Shown: piece after piece, positions 13,501-25,500 of the stretch
Position numbering within the stretch: position 1 is the first letter of the stretch
How the letters are laid out: every line of letters starts with the position of its first letter
NCBI GenBank assembly: GCA_043228905.1
Contig: JBHGNT010000003.1
Coordinates: 6,138,001 to 6,202,000 of the forward strand
From: Azolla caroliniana
Taxonomy: Eukaryota; Plantae; Polypodiophyta
Length of the DNA stretch: 64,000 bases
Direction: 5' to 3'
Made by a program: the position numbers and the translations under genes
The notes under the pieces: generated by a model
The model's input: only the letters and a program-made list of their open reading frames with translations
Database searches by the model: none
What the model was told of the DNA's origin: nothing

Positions 13501-16500
13501 AGGACTTGCATATAAAACCCCCTTTGCCCATTCTGTTTTGTTGATGATCTTTAGTTAATTAATATAGCTCTCTTATGTGCATAAGTTGTCATCCCCCTAC
13601 TGTGTGTTTTCTTATTTTCTGGTTATTCTCTCTGATTCCTTCTATTGCTTATACACTCACTCTCTCTCTCTCTCTCTCACTACGCTTCTAAATACTCAAC
13701 TCTACTAGAGTTAGATTCTTTACATGGTATCTTTACAAGATAGCGTGCATCTCTCTCTCTTCCTTTGTCTCTCACTCAGACTCTCTCCCTCTCTGTTTTT
13801 GACCTAAACCCTAATCCTTGTCCTGCCTTCAAACTGGTATCAGAGCAGAGTTTAGGGTTTTCTGCAGAGCAGGTCACGTTTTCTGCAGTGCAGGTTTGGT
13901 CCTCCGTTTGGGCTAAGAAATCATGACTAGCAGCAGTGATAGTAGCCACCTTATGCACATCAAGAAGCTTGAGGGTGTACATAACTTTGCTGTATGGAAA
14001 AAGCAATGCTACAACATCCTGTTGCAAAAGAAGCATGCAAAGCCTATACAAGTCAAAGGGGTTAAGCCTACAAATATGGACCAAGATGATTGGCAAGAGT
14101 TGAATGAGCTTGCACGCTCGACTATTGAGTTGTCAATCTCTGATGCCTTGATTTTTACTTTTTAATATTGAAGGTTTGGACTCTGCCTATTCTATATGGA
14201 CTAGGCTAGAGGAACTGCATGCCCAAAAGACGGCAGCAACCAAAGTTTATTGGCTTAAGAAACTTATGGATTTTTGTATGATAGAGGGCACACCCATGTC
14301 AACTCACCTAAGTGAGTTCAATTCCATTTTCAGCCAACTGATTGCCTTGAAATTCATCATTGATGATGAGTTTAAGGCCACGTTTTTACTTTGCACCTTG
14401 CCAAAAAGTTGGGATACTTTTAGGACTGCTATGAGCAATTCAAATGCAATGCTTCTTTATGCCGATGTAGAGAGTTCTCTACTCATGGAAGAGATGAGTC
14501 GGCAAAACAATGCATCCAATAAGTCCTCTAGTGCGTTGCATATGACGGGTAGGTCACAACAAAGAGGCAAATCTGATAGTTATGGCCGTAGTAAATCACG
14601 TGGTAAAGATGTAGAATGCCATCACTATGGCAAAAAGGGTCACTTTAAACGTGATTGTTTCAAATGAAGAAAGAGAAAGGAAAGGGCAAGAAGATAGATG
14701 ATTTCATAGAAGAAAAGAGAGACATTTAACCGAGGAAAGGCAATACTAAAATTGAAGAGGTGAATGTAGTCACTCATGATAGTGATAGTGGAAATGATGT
14801 ACTCTTTGTTTCATCATGCCATAGAGAACATGCTTTACTTGCAGATACGGACGGTGACATGCACACTTGGATACTCGATTCCGGTGCTTCTTTTCACGTC
14901 ACCCCTCATCGTGAGTGGTTTTCAGATTACATAGGGGATCGACATGGTGTTGTCCATATTGGGGACAACTATGCATGTGAAATTGCAAGTATTGGCACTG
15001 TGCAATTACAGTTTCAGCATGGTTCTGCTTTCACACTTCAGCATGTACGGCATGTACCTCAGCTCAAGAAGAGCTTGATTAGCACAGGACAGCTAGATGA
15101 TGATGGATTTCACACAACCTTTGGTGATGGGAAATAAAAGATTTGTAAGGGATCTAGAGTTATTGCCAAGGGTAGTAAAAGTGATACTTTGTATCCTCTC
15201 CATGTATCTAGTGTGAGTGATCATGTTGTTGCCATAACCGAGCAGCCTAGTGTTTCTTTGTGGCATGGCCAGTTGGGACACATGAGTGAAACTGGTATGA
15301 AAGTATTGTCTCATTTGGGTTACTTGCCATGTCTTCGTTATGCTGATTTTGAACATTGTGATCATTGCATTTATGGTAAACATGTACAAACATCTCATAA
15401 AAAGTCTCTTTCGGTGAAGTCGCCCCCGCTTGAGTTAGTACATTCAGATGTATGTCAGATGCCAGGGCTATCATTAGGGGGAAATAAATACTTAGTCACT
15501 TTTGTCGATGATGCTTCACGGAAGGTATGGGTTTACCCTATTCGTAGCAAGGATGTAGTGCTCAACAAGTTTCGAACATTTTTGGCATTAGTTTAGAATC
15601 AAATGGATAAGACACTTAAGTGTCTTCGCTCTGACAATGGTGGGGAATATGTGTCCAAGGCTTTTCAATGGTGGGGAATATGTGTCCAAGGCTTTTCAAG
15701 CATTTTGTGACAGCAAAGGGATAAAGAGGGAACTCACTGCCCCTTATAATCCACCCCAAAATGGAGTTACAGAGCATATGAATCGGACTATTCAAGATAA
15801 GGTCCGTACTATGCTGTCTCATGCTGCGTTACCCCATGGTTTTTGGGCAGAGGCTGTTATGACAGCTGTTCACTTGATTAATCGGTCACCTAACATGTCT
15901 TTGGGAGGGGGAATACCCCAAGAAGCGTGGTCGGGTAAGCCACCTTCATATGCTCACTTGAGAGTGTTTGGCTTTGAGGCTTTTGTGCACATTCATAAAG
16001 AAGAACGCAACAAACTTGAGCCAAAGTCCTGCAAATGTATTTTCCTAGGATACGGTAACGAGGGTGAAATGGGGTATAGATTGTGGGATCCCGAGAAAAG
16101 AAAAATAGTACGCAGCAATGATGTTATCTTCCGGGAAAATCGCATGCATAAACAACCCGAAAAGACCGAGGAAGTACGGAGGTTTGTATTCCGAGAAGAA
16201 ATACCTTTTAGACAGAAAAATGTGCCCGCTGTACAGCAGCAAACACCTGCTGTAAACTTAGCTGCAAATGCAGAAAATGAGGTTGGAAATGATCAGCCAG
16301 CCTTTGCCAATAATGATGAGCCACCAAATGTGCAGGAATGGCTAGAACAACAAGCTGTTAATGCTGATTTGCAGGCTGAAATGCCTGGACAGCAAGTTGA
16401 AAATGATGATTTGCAGGCTCAACAGCTACCAAACAATGAGCATTGGGTTAGGAGATCGTCTAGAGTTACTAGAAAGCCTGACAGATTTGTTCCTGATGCA

Positions 16501-19500
16501 AACAGTGTGGCTGATTATGTCATGGTAACTGATTGTGGCGAACCGACTTGCTTCAAGGAAGCAATGGACAGACAGGACAATAAGAAATGGTATAAAGCCA
16601 TGTTGTCAGAGATGGAATTTCTTGAGAAAAATGACACTTGGGATTTGGTGCAGTTGCCTAAAGGGCAGAAAACACTTCCATGCAAATGGGTTTATAAAAT
16701 GAAGGTCATTTCTGATTCCTCGCCAAAGTACAAAGCAAGATTGGTTGCAAAAGGATACAAGCAGGAATATGGAGTTGATTTTGATGAGATCTTCTCGCCT
16801 GTAGTCAAGATGACTACATTAAGAATCATTTTGGGCTTAGTTGCAGCTGAAGATATGGAGCTCATACAAATGGATGTGAAGACCACCTTTTTACATGGCG
16901 ATCTGCATGAAGACATATATATGCAGCAGCCTGAAGGTTTTGTGGCTAAAGGCAAAGAGAAGATGGTTTGTAAGCTCAAAAGGAGTTTGTATGGGTTGAA
17001 ACAAGCACCAAAAGAATGGTATCATAAATTTGATGCATTTATGCAGTCTCAAGGTTTTCGTAGAAGTCAAGTGGACTACTGCTTGTACACCAAGAAGGCA
17101 GGAGATGGCAGCCTGATTATCTTGGTTTTGTATGTTGATGATATGTTGATTGCTGGCAAGGATGTTCATGCCTTGAATTCATTGAAGCAAAGCCATCATG
17201 GCAGCTTTGATATGAAGGATCTTGGTGATGCAAATCACATCCTTGGCATGCAAATACTCCGAAACCGGTCGAAAGGGGTACTCTTTCTATCTCAGCAGGA
17301 GTATATCTCTAAGGTTTTGCAGCGTTTCAATATGGAGGGGGGGGAAACAATTGGGGTTCCATTACCTCCATATTTGAAACTCAGTGCAGAAGACAGCCCT
17401 ACATCTGATGATGAGAAGGCTGAAATGGCTAAGGTTCCATATGCTTCAGCCGTTGGCAGTTTGATATATGCGATGGTTGTTACACGCCCTGATATTGCCT
17501 TTGCTGTGGGAGTGGTTAGTAGGTACATGGTAAATCCCGGCAAAGAGCATTGGGAAGCGGTGAAAGGTATTATGAGATACCTCAAAGGCACAAAGGACTT
17601 GTGTATTTGCTTTGGAAAACAAAAGGCATCCGTTGTTGGTTTTACGGATGCGGACTATGCTGGTCATGCAGACTGCAGGAAGTCTACTTCTGGGTATGCG
17701 TTTACTTTCACAGGAGGAGCGGTCTCTTGGATCTCCAGACTACAGAAGTGTGTTGCATTGTCTACTACAGAGGCAGAGTATGTTGCTGCCAATGAGGCAT
17801 GCAAAGAGGCTTTATGGCTTTCATATGTAGTGAGAGATCTTGGCATTACAGAGTTACCTATTCTTCATTGTGATAGCCAGAGTGCTATCATGCTAGCTTG
17901 GAATCCCGTCTTTCATGCAAAGATGAAGCACATAGAGGTGAAGTATCACTTCATCAGAGATGTACTTGACAGCAAGAACATTGAGCTTGTCAAAGTACAT
18001 ACAAATAATAATCTTGCAGATCTTCTCACGAAGGGTCTTCCAGCTGAGCGATTTGCTCATTGCCGACAGATGATGGGAGTTGGATAGATGTATGTAGTTC
18101 AGCTTTGTACATACTTGGACTTAGCTGACTTCTTTTTTTCTTCTCACGGCACATTGCCTTTAGGTGGGAGGTTGTTGGTAATAAAGGGTCATCGTGCCTT
18201 TTATTAGTGCAAGAGTGTGAACACACTTGTAGCACACTTTTGACTTGTATATACATAATATCTAAAAATAAAAAAAAGAGGTACACTCTTTGTACCCAAT
18301 ATAGCGTGCATCTCTCTCTCTTCCTTTGTCTCTCACTCAAACTCTCTCCCTCTCTGTTTTTGACCTAAGCCCTAATCTACCCAAGATAGCGTGCATCTCT
18401 CTCTCTTCCTTTGTCTCTCACTCAAACTCTCTCCCTCTCTGTTTTTGACCTAAGCCCTAATCCTCGTGCTGCCTTCAGTAGTGTTGCACAATAAGAGGCT
18501 CACGTTAACAGGATCATACGAATCAAGCTAAATCAGAAAAATGAATGCACAGATGGGTAGCGCACTTCCAACAGAGAAGTTGGACAAGCACAACTACGCA
18601 TCTTGGGAATATAAGATGCAGCAATACCTAGTTGGGCAAGGGTATTGGAGTTATATCGAGGGAGCTCAAGAAACAACTCCCGATATTACAAATCCCAACT
18701 ACCCCACATGGCAGCAAGGCGCTAGTAGGGTGATGTATTGTTTGGCAACATGTGTGTAAGATCACATGTTAAGCTATATTCGTGATGCGAAAGCCCCAAC
18801 AGAAGCGTGGAAAAACTTGAAGAAGATTTTCACGGCTTCAACCACAGCGAGAAAACTTCAACTCCGGCAAGAGTTGAACAATATTCGGCAGGGGGGGATA
18901 TGTCCATGACGAACTATACCCTCCGGATCAAAGACTTATGCGATTCACTTGGCTCCATTAATGTCGCAGTTGATGATGATGAGATGGTGCATATCTGCCT
19001 TGGCGGCCTCGCACAAAAATAGGGCTCATTTCGAACTGCCATAACAACAAGGAGAACCCCCCAAGCTTATTCGACTTGCAATCCATGCTAATGGTTGAGG
19101 AGAACCATACACAGTCGAAAAGAACAGCATCCGATGGGCAGACGCTATATACACATGATGATCTCGGTCAAGGTCACGGTCATGGTTATGGTCATGGAAA
19201 TCGGGGGAGGAACCGAGGAAGAGGTGGACGACGTCCACAACAGTTTAATTCCAGGCAGCAAGAAGGTCGAAACAGCCGAGGGAATTCCGGCAAAAAGGGG
19301 AACTTCCACCAGCCGGCATCAACCAGGCAGAACCAGCAAACTGAGTGCTGGTATTGTGGAAAGCCTGGCCACTTTGAAGCCGAGTGTTGGAAGAAGAAGA
19401 ATGACTCAGCTGCCCGACCCCAGCAGCAAACAAACTATGCTGTGATGGCTGACCTAGAAAACAAAGGGCCGATGTTTGTTATGCGACACCGAGCGAATAG

Positions 19501-22500
19501 CATGATAACAAGTGTTTCCCAAACTGATGATGTATGGTTCATGGACTCAGGTGCCTCAAATCACATGACAAGTCATCAAGAATGGTTCATGAATTTGAGG
19601 GAACCCGAGAGACCCGGCGTGGTGGAGACCGGTGATGACTCCACACACATGATTGAGCACATTGGAGATGTGGCCTTTAACAATCACGACAACAAGGGCT
19701 ACATGAAGGATGTATTGCATGTCCCGACAAACACAAATAATTTGGTCCCAGTTGGCCAAATTGTCGAACAAGGAATGCAAGTGTGATTCAACCAGGAAGG
19801 TTGCTTCATCGAGGATAAGGGCCAACTTATTGCTCATGCAAGAAGAGAAGGTCGCATGTTTATTCTTGATGCGACTAAGGTGAACACAGCAATGTATGCA
19901 AAGGGACTCAAGGCTGAGTCTCATATTGAGTTGTGGCACAAAAGGGTTGGCCATGTAAACCTTAGTGTGTGTCACCTTTGATGTGGTGTCACCTTGGTGC
20001 TACACCCGTAGAAAGAAAGAAAAGGGCAAGATGCCTGAGCAAGTGGCCAAGAACATGACATCCGGTGAAGACTCAGATCATTCACCCCGATCGGTCGACA
20101 ACAAGTATGAAATGAAGAAGGCCCCAGAGGTGACCAAAGGAAAACTCCGTCAACCCGATAGTTAGGTTCAAGTACAATGAGTACATGACCCACCACTATG
20201 CATTCATGATGAAGGTCGCAGCAAACCAAGAACCCGAGACTTACAAAGAAGCTGCCCAAGATCCCCAGTGGATCGAGGCAATGAGGGAAAAGATGCGTGG
20301 GTTGTTTGACACCGATACTTGGGATTTAATCCCATCCTCTGAAATCAAGAAAAAGCCAATTGGTTGCCGTTGGGTGTTCAAGATAAAGCATAATACGTAT
20401 GGCACGGTCAATCAGTTCAAGGCTCGGCTAGTCGCCAAAAGGGTATACTCAAACCCATGGCATAGACTATGAGGAAACATTTGCCCCAGTGGCAAAAATG
20501 ACCACCGTGAGGACGGTAATTGCACTCGCAGCAGCGAAAGGGTGGCACTTGCATCAAATGGATGTGAAGAACGCAATCCTCCAAGGTGAGCTCGACAAGG
20601 AAGTTTACATGATGCAACCACCTGGCTTCAAATCAAGCAAACATCCACATGCAGTTTGCCGATTGAAGAAGCCTCTCTATGGATTGAAGCAAGCCCCAAA
20701 AGCATGGCATTCAAAGATCACATCATATCTTCACTACATTGGCTTCTGGATGTCAAAATTTGATAACTCGTATATCCGGAACAATCCCAAAAACCCCGTC
20801 TTCTTAATATTGTATGTCGATGACCTTGTCATCGGTGGAGAAAGCCTCAACTATCGGTCGGGGTTCTTAGCCAGTTCATGGAAACCCCCTGCGACACTCA
20901 CATGGATTGTGTTAAACGAGTGTTACGTTATATTAGTGGAACACTTGATTATGTTATCTTCTATAAGCGTGGAGTACCACTTCAACTCGAAGGATTCACG
21001 GATGCTAATTGGGCGGGCAATACATCTGATAGGCGATCCACTTCGGGATTTATGTTTTCACTCGGTAGTGGAGCAATCTCTTGGAGCAGCAAGAAACAAC
21101 CAACAGTCACTCTATCGAGCACTGAGGCGGAGTATAGGGCCGCAACTGTAGCTTCTTGCGAAGCTATATGGCTTAAAAGATTGCTGAAAGACTTCAACGA
21201 ATTGGTGAACAAGCCAATACTAATACGTTGCAATAATCTCAGCAGCATCCAGCTCGCAAAGAATCCGTTGTTTCACACCCAGACTAAGCACATCGAGGTG
21301 CACTATCATTACATCTGTGAGCGCATAATGGCCAGCGACATTGACCTCCAATACGTTGGCACCAACAAGCAGGTGGCTAATATTTTCGCTAAGGCACTAG
21401 GTCTCAACAAGCTACGGCAATTCTCAGTGGATCTAGGCCTTAGACCACTCGATATGTTGAACTTGGGGGAGTGTACAAGTACACAGACGAAGGAAAACAT
21501 GGAGAATCAGCACCATACAAGACGAAGAGTGAGACCGGCATCGGCAAAGTAAGGCCGGCACATCTAATCCGACTTGACCCGACAAGTTAGAGGAAGACTT
21601 TCCAAAGCCCGGAATTTTTGAAGTTAGAGATAAACCCGACCCTGTAGGCACCCTTAACAAGCTTGAAATTTTGGATCGGCAAGATCGACATTGCTAGATC
21701 AAGATCCAGTAAATAGGAAAAATGGGAAAATCACGGTCTAGTAGTCTGACTAACTGCAGTCCGGTCTTCAACTACACCAAGACAACCAAGCTTAAGAGGA
21801 CACACAATTGACCTTGAGGGGGTGTGTTGAGAATCAAGCTCAACTTGTGTGAACATGTGCTTATCAAGAAAAGGACGATGTGTGAAAAAGTGTGTGGCAC
21901 ACTTTATTGTAATCCGTGTAGTTGTCGAGTGTTAATGTGGTCAAAGAATATTAGATATTCTTATGACAATATCATACTCAAGTGGATATCTTGGTTAGAT
22001 TCCACCAACACATTTAATATGGCAGTCCCTTGAGGACTTGTATATAAAACCCCCTTCGCCCATTCTGTTTTGTTGATGATCTTTAGTTAATTAATATAGC
22101 TCTCTTAAGTGCATAAGTTGTCATCCCCCTACTGTGTGTTTTCTTATTTTCTGGTTATTCTCTCTGATTCCTTCTCTTGCTTATACACTCACTCTCTCTC
22201 TCTCTCACACACACACACTACGCTTCTGAATACTCAACTCTACTAGAGTTAGATTCTTTACATAGCATATTGTAACTTGGTGCAGCAATTTAGCTTAATA
22301 CTACAAACTTTCCAATAACAGTTGTGTTTAGTTGACCCAGAACGTGAAGCGACATTGCAACTCAACATTTAAAACCTATAATCTAACTGAACAGATTAAG
22401 GGTGCTTATCCACGTCAATCATCCCCAAGCAAAGGACATGACATGAATACAAAGCCCTGTGCGTATCCCATACCACTGAACATAGCTTTGTATTATGTTT

Positions 22501-25500
22501 GGAAGTGAACCAAACTACGGATAAAAAATACAAGAGCTTTTCATTGCCGACAGCCTCTATAGCATCTTTGAGATGTTGTGTAGAATGGAGTAGTTAGTGC
22601 CCTTTATATAGCTGAACTCCTAATAGGATTGTTAGGGATATTTTTTTATGGAGCCTATTCGGGGCTGGGATCATCACTTTAAGGATGGATATATCTAGTT
22701 GGTAATTACTCGTCGGTGATTTCTACCACCGGTGTTGCCACATCTCCTAGATGCTTATGGGTTGTCTGAAGAACTAGGTTTCCATATTGCAAGTATAACC
22801 ATGTATCTCAAATCCTTATGGGTCTTGAACACTATGCCCACAAGGTACATAAATATTATGATCACATATTCATGATACGTGATTAGTTAAAAATATTAAA
22901 AATAAATATGGATTAAGGGTGCTTACCCACACCAACCACCCCCCAACCAAGGATATGAGATGGATACAAAACACCATTGGCATACCACAGAACCAAATAT
23001 AGCCTTGTATTATACCTCAAAAGCCGGCCAGACTACAAATTAGAAGTACGAGAACTTCATTTCACTAGCATAGTCTCTACGGTACGTTTTAGATGCAATG
23101 TCAAAGATGATAACTAGTTCCCTTTATAAGATGAACTTCTTGAACTTCTAGATTGTCAGACGTTACCATGCGTCCCAAATCCTTAAGGGTTGACTTAAGG
23201 CCTAGGATTTAAAATTTGCCTTTGAAATTGGTCCAAGTGTTATGCCCATAACAAGTTCCCACAATCAAACTTATATTACGCTTTTTTCTAGAACACATGG
23301 ACAACACAAATAGGATAACTCGTTCTCAAAGCAACAATTGAGCCTAACCTACCATCCTTCGTGAAATAGATGCAGTAAAAATATGTCTTACCTTGGATCC
23401 GGATGTCTTCATTCATTCGCCTAAAACTACAAGAATAAGAAGAAAAAGTTAATAATACAAACAGAATGCATCAAATAAGATAACGAATCAGACTGAAAGT
23501 TCTATTGAATCATATGGGTTCAGAAAAGAGAAGGTAAAAGAAAAAGAAAATGCATTGGATATGAAAAGAACCAGACAGAGTTGTCAGCAATAAAACTGGG
23601 TTCACAAAAACAAAGAAAGAAAGAAAGGTATATTAAAGTCTTTTTAACATGCCGAAATGGGCTATAAGACCAAACCAGAAATTACATCTGATAACGTTGT
23701 CTCATCTTTGAGAACAAACAAATAAATGTAACTAAATAAATAGAAGTAAACAAAATAAAATATGACTAAGAAATCTCATTATCAATACATGTACAATGCT
23801 CAAGTCAGATAGATTCTTCTTTGAAGATCTCCAACATACGTCGATGCAAAATGGAGATATCTTTGAAGCAATGGAAGCACCTGCATTGGCAGTAGATAAT
23901 GGCCTTTATTTGTTGATTACAAGGGTGGTGAAATTGTGGTCTACAAGATCAAGGCCTGTGTGCACGGAAAAATACTTTTTCTCAATCTATTGTAACCCTT
24001 TGCAACATCCTAGTTCGGAGATCACTTATGTGACCCTTGATTGACATGTAGCATGAAATCGGAGTAATGGGGCAAAACGAAGTTGTAATTGTTCTTATTT
24101 CATAAAAAAACAGTCCAATGACAAGCATAGTGTTCATCACAACCTATTCCTTGCTGACACAATTGGCATATTCTTTCTTCTCGGGGTATGTGAGCATATC
24201 TGCCTACCTCAATCTCCAACTGATGTGAAGAAGTCTGCAACTGCCATATCACATTGCACAGCACATAGGATAGATGCATGTTCATATAAGAGAGCCTGAT
24301 GATGAATACATCCTCCAATGTGTGTTAAAAGTGTGCCTTACTGTGGGCCATCTTCTTACCAAGAGACACTGTGGGGCTGATCCATGTTCTTATGTTATCC
24401 AAGCTGATAATATCAGTTTGGATCACTGTATTCTTTTTCGCGTTAGTTAATTTTTAAATAGGGACAATCCAAGCTTTATTGGAATGAGGGTAGCGGATTT
24501 ATGCTTATGATTCGAACCATTGTTGCATTTCAGCATACGAACAATGATTATTGGAATGAGGATAGTGGATTTATGCAATATGATTCGAACCATTGTTGCA
24601 TTTCAGCATACGAACAATGATTATCTCTGTGTTCAGCAAGTTGCTTTGATGACATAAGTGTCAGTATTAAGCTCCTTCATTTAAGGAGCTCCCAAAGCCA
24701 TTGGTATGGTTACTGATCAGAATAATGTCTCAGTAATAATTGGGGCTTCTCCTATCCCCACCAAGATTATATCATGGGGAATCAATGCTTTGCTCATTAT
24801 CATGCAGGCAACCATTGGGACTAAAGGTCTCTCTAAATCTTTCCATCTGTTTGCCTTGTTAAGACTTTATCCCCAAGTTTCTACTCCATAGAAAAGAGTG
24901 TGACAAAGTGTATTCAATGGCCAAAAATTCAATTCAAAGTGTACACTCTCGAGTATCCACGAGCATGTCGAGCACAGGAACATATCAACATATAGCAATA
25001 TTTGCATGGCTATATCCACTAAGCATGCTTCAAACCGTTGATACCTCTCTATGTAATGCAATACCACATCTATATAGAGACCAGAGACAATGGGTGATAG
25101 TGAGCATCCTTGTTTTACTCCAATTGTGTTAGCCAAGGCCTCCCTAGGACTGGAGGCTGCTTGGGGATATGATATAGTACCTTTTCATATTCATGCCACA
25201 CCTGAGGTGAGGTCATTTGTGTGGTAAGTTGCCTCTCATTGAAAATTTTCCAAGCTCTTTTACTTTCTTGTCCAAGGAACAAGCGATACAAATGTGCTTC
25301 AAATTTAGCCACATGTGACATTTTCTTCTTCCTTACAAGGCATTGGAAGGTTGCTCTACGTGTTTTTATGTACATATCCCTGAGTTAATTCACGCTGCAA
25401 GCATCTCCTTAGATCACAACATTCCTCATCATACCAATACTAGGCTTGGGTGCATTGCTTGTTGTGTGAGGAAACACATTCATGGCTGCTTTACGCAATA

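Noticed and set aside
23686-23710. Possible extra FKBP micro-exon
   Set aside because: Exon 26424-26600 already joins exon 23392-23426 in phase; the candidate has a weak acceptor.
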